From contig NC_086382.1 of assembly GCF_036588685.1 (NCBI RefSeq), positions 69,378,001 through 69,442,000 on the forward strand: 64,000 nt of DNA, read 5' to 3'. Both the position numbers and the translations under genes were made by a program. Position 1 is the first letter of the stretch; each line of letters begins with the position of its first letter. The notes under the pieces are model-generated. The model was not told the DNA's origin. It did no database searches and saw only the letters and a list, made by a program, of their open reading frames with translations. Shown piece by piece: positions 14,826 to 27,473 of the stretch. The stretch is from Mytilus trossulus (Eukaryota).

Positions 14826-14962
14826 AAATAAACTCATCATAGATACCAGGATCAAATTTTGTGTTTACGCCAGACTTGCGTTTCGTCTACAAAAGACTTA
14901 TCAGTTACGCTCGCATCCAAAATAGTTCAAAAGGCAAAATAATGTACAAAGTTGAAGAGCAT
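14826..14962 (-). mobile_element. Degenerate retrozyme-like fragment (variant family) with mutated hammerhead core
   Basis: Minus strand gagcgtaa-CTGATAA-gtc ttttgta gac-GAAAC-gcaa-GTC-tggcgt. Confidence 0.6.
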
Positions 14963-17585
14963 AAAAATTATATGTATATACATTATACAAAGAATATACA
15001 AAGGAAAAACAGCTCAAACACGAGATATAATGCAAGTTAACATCTAAACCCATCTAAACCACAATGTTCAGTGTTCTTTATTTATCATTCGGAAGCAGCA
15101 CAATATATCCAGTTGAAAATAAGCTTTCATGAGTAAAATCTATCTCGAGGCTGGTGCATAATTATAAAGTTATCTAAATACAGGAGCCCGGAGCCCCTAA
15201 GGTAATTCGTACCTTAAGTTTATTTAGAAAGACTAACTGTCATGCAGTTATTCAAAGATTTGCCTCATATTATTAGTAGACAGATGTTGTTTTTCTTGTT
15301 TCTATTAACTCTTTGAATGTGGATATCAATTTTCCTCGTTTATTATATAAATCTAGACATAAAGTTGTCATATTTCAAATAAAATCAAATATTATTCTGT
15401 TATTGCAGAGAAAAATCAGTTATTTTCTTTTGTTATAAGAGTTAGTTATAACTGTGTTATCGTTGTTGGAAATCTGAAGGAATCTGACGTAACCGACGTT
15501 TAATACACTGCCAGGGTGGAATTTTTGCAAAACACTTCTTATAACAACAACTAAATAACTGTAACTCCAAACGAACAATTTGAAATTTATATAACGCAAA
15601 AACTAATATTCTACAGTTTAATATTCTTGTTTCATTTAACGATAAAACAGTAGTCTGATCTTGGTGATTCCTTGTATCGTTTGTCAGTTTGTCTCGTCAT
15701 TGGTAATAAGTGACGGGAGTATTATTTGTACAAATACATCGTACTCAGTAACATCTTGTTATGTTATGTGCACCAAAAATAAGAAAACATAAGATATAAA
15801 AAAAATCATGGCCGAAATCATTTATAAAACAAAACAATGGTGGGAAGCAGCGAAAACATAATAATAAATAAACATAATTCAAGTTAAGTCTTTTTCATAC
15901 TTAAACACTTTCCGTTTTTTCACCCCATTTTGTCTAAAGAGCAGAAAAAGAAATATTGATCATGTTCAGGACAAGCATTTCAGGAAATCATTGTGCTAAA
16001 GTTTCTATACAGAATAACAAGTATTATGGCATGTGATTTCTACTACTTGTTATATCAGCTTTGGTTGTATTTTATTGTATCTACACATAATTATCTACAG
16101 ATCTACCAATGGTATTTCATTAGTCCGAATCTAACGGTAATTTTAAATTATATAAACTATAATACTACATTTATGACTCTTTTTTTTTATTATTTAAATG
16201 AAGACTGTTGATAGACTGTTTATATAGTCAAAGAAGTCTTTAATCGTATGAATATATATATATAATCAGTTAAAGCACTTGATGTATGCCGAAAGTAGAA
16301 ACAAACTCAGTATATCACTCCTGGAAAGGAACATGCTAAATATAAACTTAATTCAAGACACAAACACAGCATGTTTTCTTAACAGGAACCATATATAAGT
16401 CAATCCTTGCTGTGGTAAGCTCTCTGTCATTGTAAGGATCTTTTGTGCTTCCATTAGGAACAGGCGTCAACATTAAAGGCGGTATTATAGACTGATTTGT
16501 GACGTCATTTTCAACTTAGTAGTTAGCAAATAATTTGCGGTTTTTATACACGTAGGCATTTTACAGTAGAGTATCTACAAAGCTATCTTTAGAATGAACT
16601 GACAATCACAATATCTAGTCGTGTTTAAAGAAAATTCTATTTCAGTTGGCGATTTTTCTATTATCTTTCATTTAATTAATTTAATCAAAACGTGATTTTT
16701 TATCATTTGAGTCGACGACTGCTACATTTTTCTTTAGCGTTTGGCACTGTGTTTTCCCTGGTTATTAAATTTTGTTTCTTAAATAAAATACCGACCTCCG
16801 ATGAAAATTCCAACCAAAAACTATATGAGCAAATGGCAAATTCAAACACTCAAACGCATCGAACGAATAGATAACAACTGTCTTAATCCTGACTTGGTAC
16901 AGGCAGAACATTAAATTTCGGTTAATTATGAAATAATACCAGTGCAATGTCGAGTTTGTCAGTTTTTTCTGTGATTACATTTTGAATACAACAAGGATTA
17001 CCTATAGGTTAGAAGCAGTTCATTTATCTTTATGTTTCTATTTGCAATGTAGAATTAAGGATAATCTCATTTGATACGTTTGATAATACAAGAATATATT
17101 ATAAGTGTTTAAACCTTTTGTAAACTATACAGTTTTTAGAACACTGTATATGTATGAATCAACTGTTCTGGGGGTTCAATAAACGCATCATGTTTTAACA
17201 ATGGATTATTCACTCGTGCTACCAATGCTGAAAACTTTTACATGAGAATTGACGACCATATCTTTTTATCTCTCGTATAGTGACTAGTTGTATGAGTTCA
17301 TTCGTACTTCGATACTTTTAGGATAGAAAAGACGTAGCAAGACGCACACTATATGATAATTGAGTACACAATATTCATAATAATAAAGGGCATCAACATA
17401 TCAGAATGAGTAGCGGTTTAAATGAAAAATAATTTATTTACAAAATTAATATTGTGTCAAATAAAATTAAAAAAAAAAAAATTAACAAAACAAACCAAAA
17501 AATAAATTAAATAAAATTGAAATCATTTAGCTGTTTTTTAAACGATGGACTATAATTTTCTTCAACAGATTTTTTCCATTTTCTT

Positions 17586-20500
17586 TTAAACCTTTTCAGA
17601 AGGCAGGTCAGAAAATTTAATGCTTTTTATCAGTGGATCATATCCATCGTCGCTACGGATAAAAGTATTTGCTCCACAGACCAACAGTATATCAACCACA
17701 TAAACTGAGGGAAATTTCATCAGAGAAACATCTCCTACTTTAGAAATATCGGGATCGACTGCTAGGTGTAATAATGTCTGATTACTTTTTCCCCTGGGAT
17801 CCAGTTGAATCAAGTACGCAACTTGTTCTATAAAGTCTACACGCTCAACCACGCTACCACCAATAAACTGGAAAAGTCGTATTAAATGTAGTGTTAACTG
17901 CATTAGGCACTGCAAATTTCCTTGTTCAGTAATGCTAAATGGGCGTTTGGTGAGAGCAATATTAACGCCTTCAATTTGACGAACAATCAACTTGAAAGCA
18001 TCCAAAACATCAGTCATTTGCACCTGAAATTATAAACAGGCAAATCAATTTCAAAATTGAAAAAAATCTAAAAATAAATAGTATTACCCTTTTTAAATGA
18101 ATTTTCTTGTTTGTTTTGTTGTTATTGCGTTGGATTATTTTCTTGATTAGGAACCAGTGTGAGCACTCACAAACATATTTAATTGAACCGACTCGCACGT
18201 TTTGCTTGGTTATTTTCTATCATTGTGTTTTTCTACTTATTATCTAAGGTCTTAATAATTTTTTCGTTTGTTTTCTCATTTGGTTCTGTCGCATCTGAAA
18301 TTTCACAACCCTTAACGAAAGCCAGAATATACCAAAGGGCATTCCAAACTCATTTGTGTAAAAAACACAAAAGTTAGCAACAAATTAAAAACGTCTAATA
18401 GTTATCAAAGGTACCAGGATTATTATTTAGTAGGCCAGACGCGCGTTTGTTCTACATAAGACTCATCAGTGACGCTCATATTAAAAAAAGTTATAAAGCC
18501 AAACAAGTTAAAAGTTGAAGAGCATTGAGGATCCAAAATTCCAAAAACATGTGCTAATACACCTAAGGTAATCAATTCCTGGGATAAGCAAATCCTTAGT
18601 TGTTCAAAAAATCACAGTTTAGTAAACTTGAAATTTATGAAAAATGACCACATATTGGATATGTATGTCAACCCCGAAGTGCTGACTACTGGGCTGGTGA
18701 TACCCTTGGAGACGAAACGACCACCAGCAGTGGCATCGACCCAGTGATGTAAATAGTTATCGAAGGAACCAGAATTATAATTTATTACACCAGACTCGCG
18801 TTTCGTCTACATAAGACTCATCAATGACGCTCATATAAAAAAAAATTATAAAGCCAAACAAATTAAAAGTTGAAGAGTATTGAGGATCCAAAATTCCAAA
18901 AGGTTGTGCCAAATACGGCTAAGGTAATCTATTCCTGGGATAAGAAAATTCTTAGTTTTTTTTAAATTTAAAAAGACAAATAACAATTCACAAAACAAAA
19001 CATATAAAACTAGAGACTGACGAATACAAGCCCAATCAAACCATTGTAGATTCTCAAGTAGATCTTGACTATTATTTAAGTGCCAAGGTTTGATATTATT
19101 GGGCTTTTTGATTTTTCCATTTCATTTGAGACTTTCCGTTTTGAATTTTCTTCCGAGTTCAGTAGTTGAGTGATTTTACTTTTTGGTTATCAGTCTCATT
19201 CGGTAGAGCATTTTCAAGGAAAAGAGAATATGATTGTTGTTTACAATTGGAACGTTTCTGGCTTCATCTGTGAAACAGATATTCCTTTATGGTCACACAA
19301 TCGATGACGGGTCCGTTAAATTCTCGATGGGGTGACAATATTACTTGGAAATTTTGGTTGAAAACTTTCTTGTAAAAAGTAACCTTCAATCGAGGAAACC
19401 ATGATAGTAAATTCACTGGAAAAGTGAATGAAGTATGAAATTCATACTCCATTGCGGGCCAATTCCATCCAAATTATGCAGCTGAAATCTGTCTTGTGAC
19501 GTTAATTTTTTATTTCAACCGACCCTCCTTGTCGATTTTATTATTTAATTTGGATACCAATAAACCAGGTTTAACCCACCTGTGTTTCCTAAAATGACCT
19601 GCATCAAGTCAGAAATATGGCAATTGTTATCAAATAGACCGTTTCTATGTATGATGACATTTGTTTTGTTACAGTTCAGTGTTTCTGTTGTTCCGTTGTT
19701 TTCCTCTTATAGTTGAATGGTTTTTGTTTCCTATCTATCTTTGTGTTCGCTTAATCGATTGGTGACTATTTAACAGTCACATACTGTTTCATTTGTTTTA
19801 TAGCTAAACATATGACATGGGTTTTTTTCATTGTTGATAGCCGGGAGCAAAATAAATATTAAGGAAAACATCTAAACATTTTAGTGGTGACATATCACTG
19901 CATTTAAGGTTCTTTTTTTTCAAATAACTTCACACAGAAGTTATATTTGTATTAGTCTGGATTTTTAAAACCGTTGTAAATAAATTACCTGTTCTTTTGT
20001 TTTCTTGTTAATCCATTGTGTTTCTAATTTACAAATGATATTTACTAAACTTATCGCGCTTTGGGTAGTGTCACCATTTAAAGGATCGTCTTGTTTTAAT
20101 CTTAGCGTGTAAGCGTACTTCCATAGTTCAACACATCGCTGATAACAGCCGTTATCGCCATACAGAGCACCGCGGTTAAAGATATTTCTGATTGTTACTG
20201 GATGACTTTCACCATAAATCCTGGAATATTTCAGTAATGCTTGCATGTAAAGATCATTTGGTTCAGTTAGATCACGTAAAGATTCTACTGACGTTATTTC
20301 AACTGCATACTGAAAGTAAGATACAGGTGTCACCTTTCTTCCAACATTGGTCATAGTTTGAGTCACTTCATCACGCAGCTTTAATGATGTTTCCCACATT
20401 AAAACACACCGTGTGACGTCATCGTCTACTAAAAAGCAACCTAATAAATCAAACGCAGCGCATTTTTCTTCGAGTGGGAATTCATAAGTATCTAGAAAGT

Positions 20501-21227
20501 ATTCTATAACCAACGAACTGCCTCTAAGAGCAGCGATTGTCAGGGGTGTTTCTTCATAGTTTGTTTTGGCGGTCATCGATCCTCCATTCCGACATAACAG
20601 CTTCACGGTTTCTAATTTATGAGAGTGTGCAGCGTAATGTAAGGCCGTATATCCATCCAAACTTGATGCGTTAACACTTGCTCCTTTTGAAATAAGATAC
20701 GCACATAGTTCCGTGCTAGCTACGGCTGCCATTAAACATGAATATCCTTTTTCTGAAGCTTTCCTGATGTTAGCACCATGTTCGACGAGAAATTCGACTA
20801 TAGGGATATTTTGCAATATACACGCTGATATTAATGGCGTCGAATCCGAATTGGTAGGTCCATTCATGTCTGCACCATGTTCAGTCAGAAGTTTTATTAT
20901 AGCAAGTCCATTATCAAGACCAGTAGCACACCATAAAGGTGGAGCTTCAATATCGTTTTCATAAGTTCGGATTTTAAAAAACCCTTTTTGTTCAACATCA
21001 GGGTCACATTCGTCCAACAAATATTTTATAATATCTGCTTTACCCTTTAAACATGCATAAAACAATGCAGGCCTTCTATCGATCTTGAAAGTCACTATTG
21101 ATTTCCGCTGACTTATTGTCAACATACATAATGTACTGATGATTTTTTGGGGTTTATTTTCATCGATACATGTATGTATAATCCTGGCAATCTTTTCAAT
21201 TTCAGAATTACTCAGTTCAGCTGACAT
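17586..21227 (-). CDS. fem-1: FEM1-like ankyrin/TPR protein, copy B (~558 aa, 2 exons identified)
   Basis: Exon1 21227-19989 (413 codons, CAG|gtaatt), exon2 18023-17586 (tttcag|GTG), phase 0. Ankyrin repeats and the same FEM1 motifs as copy A. A further 3' exon after AAG|gt is possible but was not found. Confidence 0.88.
18398..18960 (-). mobile_element. Retrozyme-like tandem repeat (355-nt unit, ~1.6 copies) with two hammerhead motifs, in the FEM1-B intron
   Basis: GUC cleavage triplets end at 18793 and 18438 (-). Cores are TTGATGA..GAAAC and CTGATGA..CAAAC, each deviating from consensus. Same family as 22500-22942. Confidence 0.85.
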
Positions 21228-21427
21228 ATTTAATATATATACATAGATTCCTTAGAAACGGTAGTTAAAACAGCTGATCAACACTTAGCGATATATACGT
21301 CCATATTTGTAAAATAACTTTAAACGTTTTTGAATCATAATCCAAAAATATAATATCAACATTTGAAATGATGAAAAGTGTTTCTGAAATCATGCGTCGA
21401 ACACATAATATAGGATATAAGACAAAA

Positions 21428-21530
21428 TATCATTTGGAAATTTTCAGTTCCGTGTCAGGTGATCTATATTAGTTTTTAAATTTATCTACCTGTTCTAGAT
21501 ATTAAAATAAGTGACCTTGCCCGACGTTAT
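21428..21530 (-). promoter_or_regulatory. Upstream block of FEM1-like copy B; kB-like GGAAATTTTC at 21436-21445
   Basis: Conserved with 14160-14275. Confidence 0.5.
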
Positions 21531-21872
21531 ATATTGTAAAAGTAATTATAGTTTATCAAAGTTAAAACATTACTATCTTGAATGTATTTGTGATAGACTT
21601 CAATAATAGAACGATAATCGACCAAATATTATGTAAGATTGTATCAATCCCTTCATGACATTGGAATGTTTGATCATGCTAAAACTTCACAATAAACAAT
21701 GTAAGCAGATACAATAAGACCAAATTGAACCTAACGTTTTATTAGAAGAACGCAAAGAAACGCGTTACTACTATTCTAATCGGATAATTAACATACATTT
21801 GGTACTCAAGGTACAACATATAGTTTTCCCAATGCTATACAAATTTATACTTTGCGTTGAAACTAATTGAAC

Positions 21873-21954
21873 TGAGCGTCACTGATAAGTCTTGTGTAGA
21901 TGGAACGCGCGTCTGTGGTATCACATTATTTACCTTGTACCTTTGAAAACTATT
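21873..21954 (+). mobile_element. Solo degenerate retrozyme/hammerhead fragment
   Basis: gagcgtca-CTGATAA-gtcttgtgtagat-GGAAC-gcgc-GTC; core mutated. Confidence 0.65.
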
Positions 21955-22509
21955 GAAGCCTTAACTGGAATACAATTATTACTCTATAAATATTTGCCAC
22001 ATTTAAATTATTCCGTCTGAAATGTTTGCCAATCGTTGTATTTCTATTTTCCTTGGCATATATTAGGCTCCCTTGTGTCTATGATATGATACACCAAGTA
22101 TATCCAATAGTCGTACACATAAACACAATCAAAAGCAACTAAAACATGGCAAATAAGTTTCAATTATGATAATAAAAAAAAATATGAGCTTCATTTCTGT
22201 TGAACTACAATGAAGCTAAAGCCGCTGAATGAAGATAGAAATTAACGGTCCTCCGAAGTCTTACAATTTCAAAAATATTGTTAAAGAAGAAGGTCTTTGG
22301 TTTAATTACTTTACCATACTATTAAGTGATTCAATTTGCAGCTTTCTTCTCCTGTTAAATACATTATTGCAGATCCTGTATAATCTTCACTCGTATGATG
22401 CTCTACTTATTAAAAATAGTTCAATGTTAATAATAAACAATTATTATGCTGTGTGTTCTAAAAGATTTATTTTACCATAAAAAGAATACAATGCAATATT
22501 TTGATATGA

Positions 22510-22553
22510 GCGTCACTGATGAGTCTTATGTAGACGAAACTCGAGTCTGGCGT
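22510..22553 (+). ncRNA. Type I hammerhead ribozyme, intact core
   Basis: Stem I gcgtca/tggcgt; CTGATGA 22516-22522; stem II gtc-ttatgta-gac; GAAA 22536-22539; minimal stem III C-tcga-G; cleavage after GUC at 22547. Confidence 0.88.
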
Positions 22554-22863
22554 ACTAAATTATAATCCTGGTAATTTTGATAACTATTTACACCACTGGG
22601 TTGATGCCACTGCTGGTGGACGTTTCGTTCCCGAGGGTATCACCAGCTCAGTAGTCAACACTTCGGTGTTGACATGAATATCAATGACGTGGTCATTTTT
22701 ATAAATTTCCTGTTTACAAAACATTGAATTTTTCGAAACACTAAGGATTTTCTTTTCCCAGGCATAGATTACCCTAGCCGTATTTAGCACAACTTTTTGA
22801 AATTTTAGATCCCCAATGCTCTTCAATTTCATACTTGTTTGGCTTTATTAATATATGATATGA

Positions 22864-22907
22864 GCGTCACTGGTGAGTCTTATGTAGACGAAACGCGCGT
22901 CTGGCGT
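22864..22907 (+). ncRNA. Type I hammerhead ribozyme, core variant CUGGUGA (likely impaired)
   Basis: Same architecture as 22510-22553 with loop III gcgc; A-to-G change in the CUGAUGA box. Confidence 0.7.
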
Positions 22908-23800
22908 ACTAAATTATAATCCTGGTACTTTTGATAACTATTTGCAACAACTGAGGAACTCCTTGGTTTTTGTTTCATTCATTCAGAAATATAAAAGTGT
23001 ACAACTTTAATATGATCATATGTGCTTACTTTGTAGAAGACGATAACAACCGATTCCATCAATGATAAAACCGGTGCAGCTATACCATCAGTGTGATAAC
23101 AAAATTTTGGAAATAATGACATGACGATTTGTTATTGCGGATCGAGTAGTAGAGATAATTAAAAAAAAATCAAACCGGTAAATGACTGGGTAACATTCAC
23201 TTTATCTAAACACCCACGATTAGTGGACCATTCGTCTTCTGTTTCACTGTTAAAATACATGCATACGTGTTGATAAGATCATCACCAGATAGAAAGGACC
23301 ACCTGCCTCCCTATCAATAGTAAGTTTACACTGTGTTGATAAGCCAAGTATCTCTATGAAGAAAAACACTAAGGTCTGTACAGCGTGGTAAGTGTCACAA
23401 TTTGCTCTTTATTTCCTTTAATTCATAGTTCAATGTTTTTATAAATAATATTTTAGATGGAATTGTATAAATTGCCAAATATTTCTTATCTTTATTGTTT
23501 CTACGGGTTAATCACTATATTTATATTGCACAGCCAAGTCAGACTCTTTCTAATGTTATAAGATTCTGTTCCGTGTTTATTAAAGTTTACATATCTAATC
23601 AAGTTGTACATATTGCTAATTATTACATTTTTTATACAATTATATTCACATGTATAGTTTATAAAATGTGCCTACTTAAATATGTTCGTTTTTTTAAATA
23701 TAGTTCATCAAATTTCAAAACATTATTTCTATTTGATTATCTATGTATAAATGATTTATTAGCAAAACTTTTGATCATATTTTAGACGTTAGCAGTATCG

Positions 23801-26072
23801 ATGACTGCGATATTATTCTTTGTGACAGTAATTGTCATATTAGCAGTATGTCAGTCTCAGAACTCCGATTTTGTACCACAGACAGTTGACTTTGATAACA
23901 ACTCAATACAAACAGTCACCAAACCTACAGATGAATCAATTATTTCATTTGGAGGGCTGATATCAAAAGAAAAACTCCAGAAACCACCTGAAGTAACTGT
24001 TACAACACCAAACGAAACTGTTTGTCCGGTTACTAAGCTAGAAACAAATGGACCAGTAAATCTATATATCCATGGTGCTTTTGCTACAACAAATAAAGGT
24101 AGGTGTGTTGCCCATTGTTGCTAGATATACACTCAAATGGTCAGGATTTTCCTCTTTCTTTTTCCTTCTACTAGCTGAAACGATAGCGGTCGACCAAACT
24201 TTTTTTAAGTGACATTATTTGATGAATTCGAATAATTTAAGAAAATGCATGGTGTTATTTCGAAATTTATTACAGTACTTCTGATCACAAGCGAGTGTAT
24301 ATTTTTTAACAAACCTCCTAGTTTTTTTTATAATTTAATACAAACATTATTGCAGATTTACTTCCATTTCCACAACAACAATCAAAATGTGACTGTCCTC
24401 CTGGGCCGCAAGGTCTACAAGGAATCCCAGGACCGGACGGTAAGACTGGTCAACAAGGTCAAAAAGGAGACCGAGGACTACAAGGCTCTGTAGGTCCAGC
24501 TGGAATACCTGGACCTCCAGGGAAAGTGATAGTTAATACAACACACACCATTAGTCATGAGCACCCCAGTGTGTTTACTGCTTTCTCAGCTGTGATGACT
24601 ATGACACAGTATGGACCATTCGGTCAGGACAGGGTTAGTTGTGGTGTAATACATATATAAGTAATACTGTTATTTTCTTTCGAATGCAACATGTAATCTC
24701 CAAACTGGTATCATTGTAAAAAATAAGACGAGACAAAATACTGACAATACATGTTTATCCGAGAACCATTGCTATTGCTGTTTAATTAAACTTTTGCGTA
24801 TAGATATATTGATAGATACATCTTAAGGAAATCCGTTTTTATCATTTATATACCGACGATCAAAGGAATGCAACACAAATACGTTACTGTATTTTCGAGC
24901 CTATGACACTGTGTCACCAACTCGAGACATAGCGACCCTACATTCATTCGTCGACGGTGTAGAAGGTTAGGGTATTTTCATTTCTCTATATTTTTAAACT
25001 AATTAAGGACCTATGACTTGAACAGCAGTATACAACTCTTGCATTTAACAGTTTTTAAAAGAATTAAACCTTATCAAAACCATTGAAGTCCAAACAGTTT
25101 TTAAGACGATCATTGTGTGTTCCTTATAATGATAATATTTCAACATCTTTTTTTTCAGATAGTAGTTTTTGATCAAGTACTGGCCAATTATGGTAAATCT
25201 TACCGCCAAAGTGTTGGTGTATTTGTAACCCCCTATAATGGACTCTACCAATTCCATATGCATATACACACCAGGAAGTCATTCATAGCTGAGGTCACTT
25301 TACGTGTAAGTTCCTACTGATTATTATTTACAGCAACCGTCAAACAAATAATCTTTGACCATAAGTCTTCCAATTGTGACGAGTGATGGAGTCCATTTAT
25401 TGAATTTGGTACCGTTTCTTGTAAATCGATTCGGGTTTTTTGACAGTTTATTGGGACTTATAATATATTGTAATATCATTTTATCATTTCGTTTACAACA
25501 GAAATACTTTATAAAAATAGTTTGGATCAATACATTTTAAAAATCTTTTGTTTTTCTATGAAGTGCAACATGTCCATTATTAAAAAAGAAAGGAAACCTG
25601 ATTGGATGAGACAACAACACACAACAAAAAGAACTTACAGAAATATTCAAAGACCTGATATACACACACACACAATATCTCTCAAATCAACCTTGACTTT
25701 ATTAACACAAGATGCACCCATTTCTGGCTCGAATAGTCAATTGTCACTTTGAAACTCCATGACAGGAAATACTACTAGACCGTTTATTTCACGCAAATTG
25801 ATTTGTAGGTCAAACGAAAAATGAACACCCAATCAATGCAGGATATTGTCAGAACATGGGCTGATGGAAAAACAGGAAATATAGAATACGAGATGGGTTC
25901 ATCCAACAGCGCCATTGTTTATTTAGAGAAGGGAGACATGGTATATTGTGTATTACCAAAGAATCAAGTGTTGTCTGGGTTACAGTTTACATCATTCTCG
26001 GGATATCTGATGAAAACTGACGAAAAGAATGATATGAACTCAAAAGACAGATTTCAAACATTTCTTCCATAA
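23801..26072 (+). CDS. Secreted collagen + C1q-domain protein (~328 aa)
   Basis: Exons 23801-24098, 24356-24633, 25159-25305, 25809-26072; all GT-AG with consistent phases. Signal peptide [19 protein letters not shown], 14 Gly-X-Y triplets, gC1q motifs [14 protein letters not shown]....[25 protein letters not shown]. Confidence 0.92.
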
Positions 26073-26998
26073 ATAGTAAAATGATTCAATCAAAAGATGC
26101 ATTGCTGTATTAAATTATTAATATAATATTAAATAAATCGTAGCAAACATCACTTTAAAGATATCAAGGTGAACTAAGCTAGACAATAGTTCAAAAGAAT
26201 TCATATGTTGCTATCTTTACGGTTGAGAGAAAACAATTCCGGGTAAAAAAAACTTAAACTTAAGGATTTTTAAGAGGAAAACAACGAAACAACAGACACA
26301 CTAAAGAGCAACAAAAAATAAAACGACAATGCAACACACTCAAAAATTAACTTTGAGGTAACAATGGCAATTTTCTTGACTGGGTAAAGGACATTTTAAG
26401 AAACAGTGGTAGGTTAAACCTGGTTGTGTGGCAAACAAAACCTCTCGCTTTTCTTAAAATTGTCTACGGCAATTTTAGATATAACACAAGAATGAGAACA
26501 TTACAAATATATTTTGTGAAATGACTTATGTTATGAATACTAATATTATGAAGACATAATAGCTTGCTAAATAGTGCTTCCCTTAACCATTATGTAAGCT
26601 AACATGAGGGATACTAAGTTAAAGCTGTAAACTTAGTAAGTTGTTACAGCAATTATGCAATAAAGATAGTGTTACGTTGGAAAAAAAGAACATTACATAA
26701 CAGAACTACTGTAACAATCCAAATAAATAGAAGATGATTCTCTACATACATGTATAAGTATAAGACATACCTTTTCTACTTATTCTTTTATTGGTTGCAC
26801 GTAAGTGTTTCTCACGAAATATAAATATTATATGGATCACTTGTCCAATTTATATATACAATAACTGCTTGGCGATTTCCAAATGCACAAACATTTTGTA
26901 CAAAGTTTCATATGATTATCCGTCTGTTGTTCATCATTTATATTTGTTCCGTTTTTTAACTACAGCTTAACTTTCTTTAATCCAAAAAAAGCATTCTG

Positions 26999-27352
26999 TC
27001 ATGTCTGTTTAAACATATCTACTAGTCCGTTAGCTCTTAGATACTTTTTATACTCCAACAACATAATATCGTCATAGCGACGCAACAGGACTGTTCTGCC
27101 ATTTATATTGATCCGACCTCCCGCTATTCTGTCACGTGCTGTTTTACTGTCCAATAGAACAACCCATCGAAATGACAATGCCACAAACTGAAGAGATTTA
27201 ATGTGAAAGTCTCCGAATGACTTTAAATAAGCTCCTAATTGATTATATACATCTTCGTGGGAAGCACGACTTCCACCCAAGTCGAAAGAAATAGCATTTG
27301 GAATTAGCTCCGGTGGTGGGCGTGGTAGTCTTCGTTCTACCTTCTTTGACAT
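26999..27352 (-). CDS. Uncharacterised atypical RRM-like protein, paralog 1 (117 aa; may have an upstream exon)
   Basis: ~59% identical over 95 ungapped aa (hand count) to the ORF at 32043-32405, with mostly conservative changes. Confidence 0.8.
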   Translation of the reverse strand: MSKKVERRLPRPPPELIPNAISFDLGGSRASHEDVYNQLGAYLKSFGDFHIKSLQFVALSFRWVVLLDSKTARDRIAGGRININGRTVLLRRYDDIMLLEYKKYLRANGLVDMFKQT

Positions 27353-27473
27353 TTCGGGATCCCTGTTGCGATAGATCAGTACATATTCATTTCCTCATCT
27401 ATATTAAAAAATAATACTTGTATCTGTTACATACTTGCAGACTATCTATGTTTACAATGTACACACTTTATTT

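Larger units (their letters stand above)
22500..22942 (+). mobile_element. Retrozyme-like element: 354-nt unit bounded by two type I hammerhead motifs
   Basis: Direct repeats ~22500-22586 and ~22856-22941; GUC triplets end at 22547 and 22901. Confidence 0.88.
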
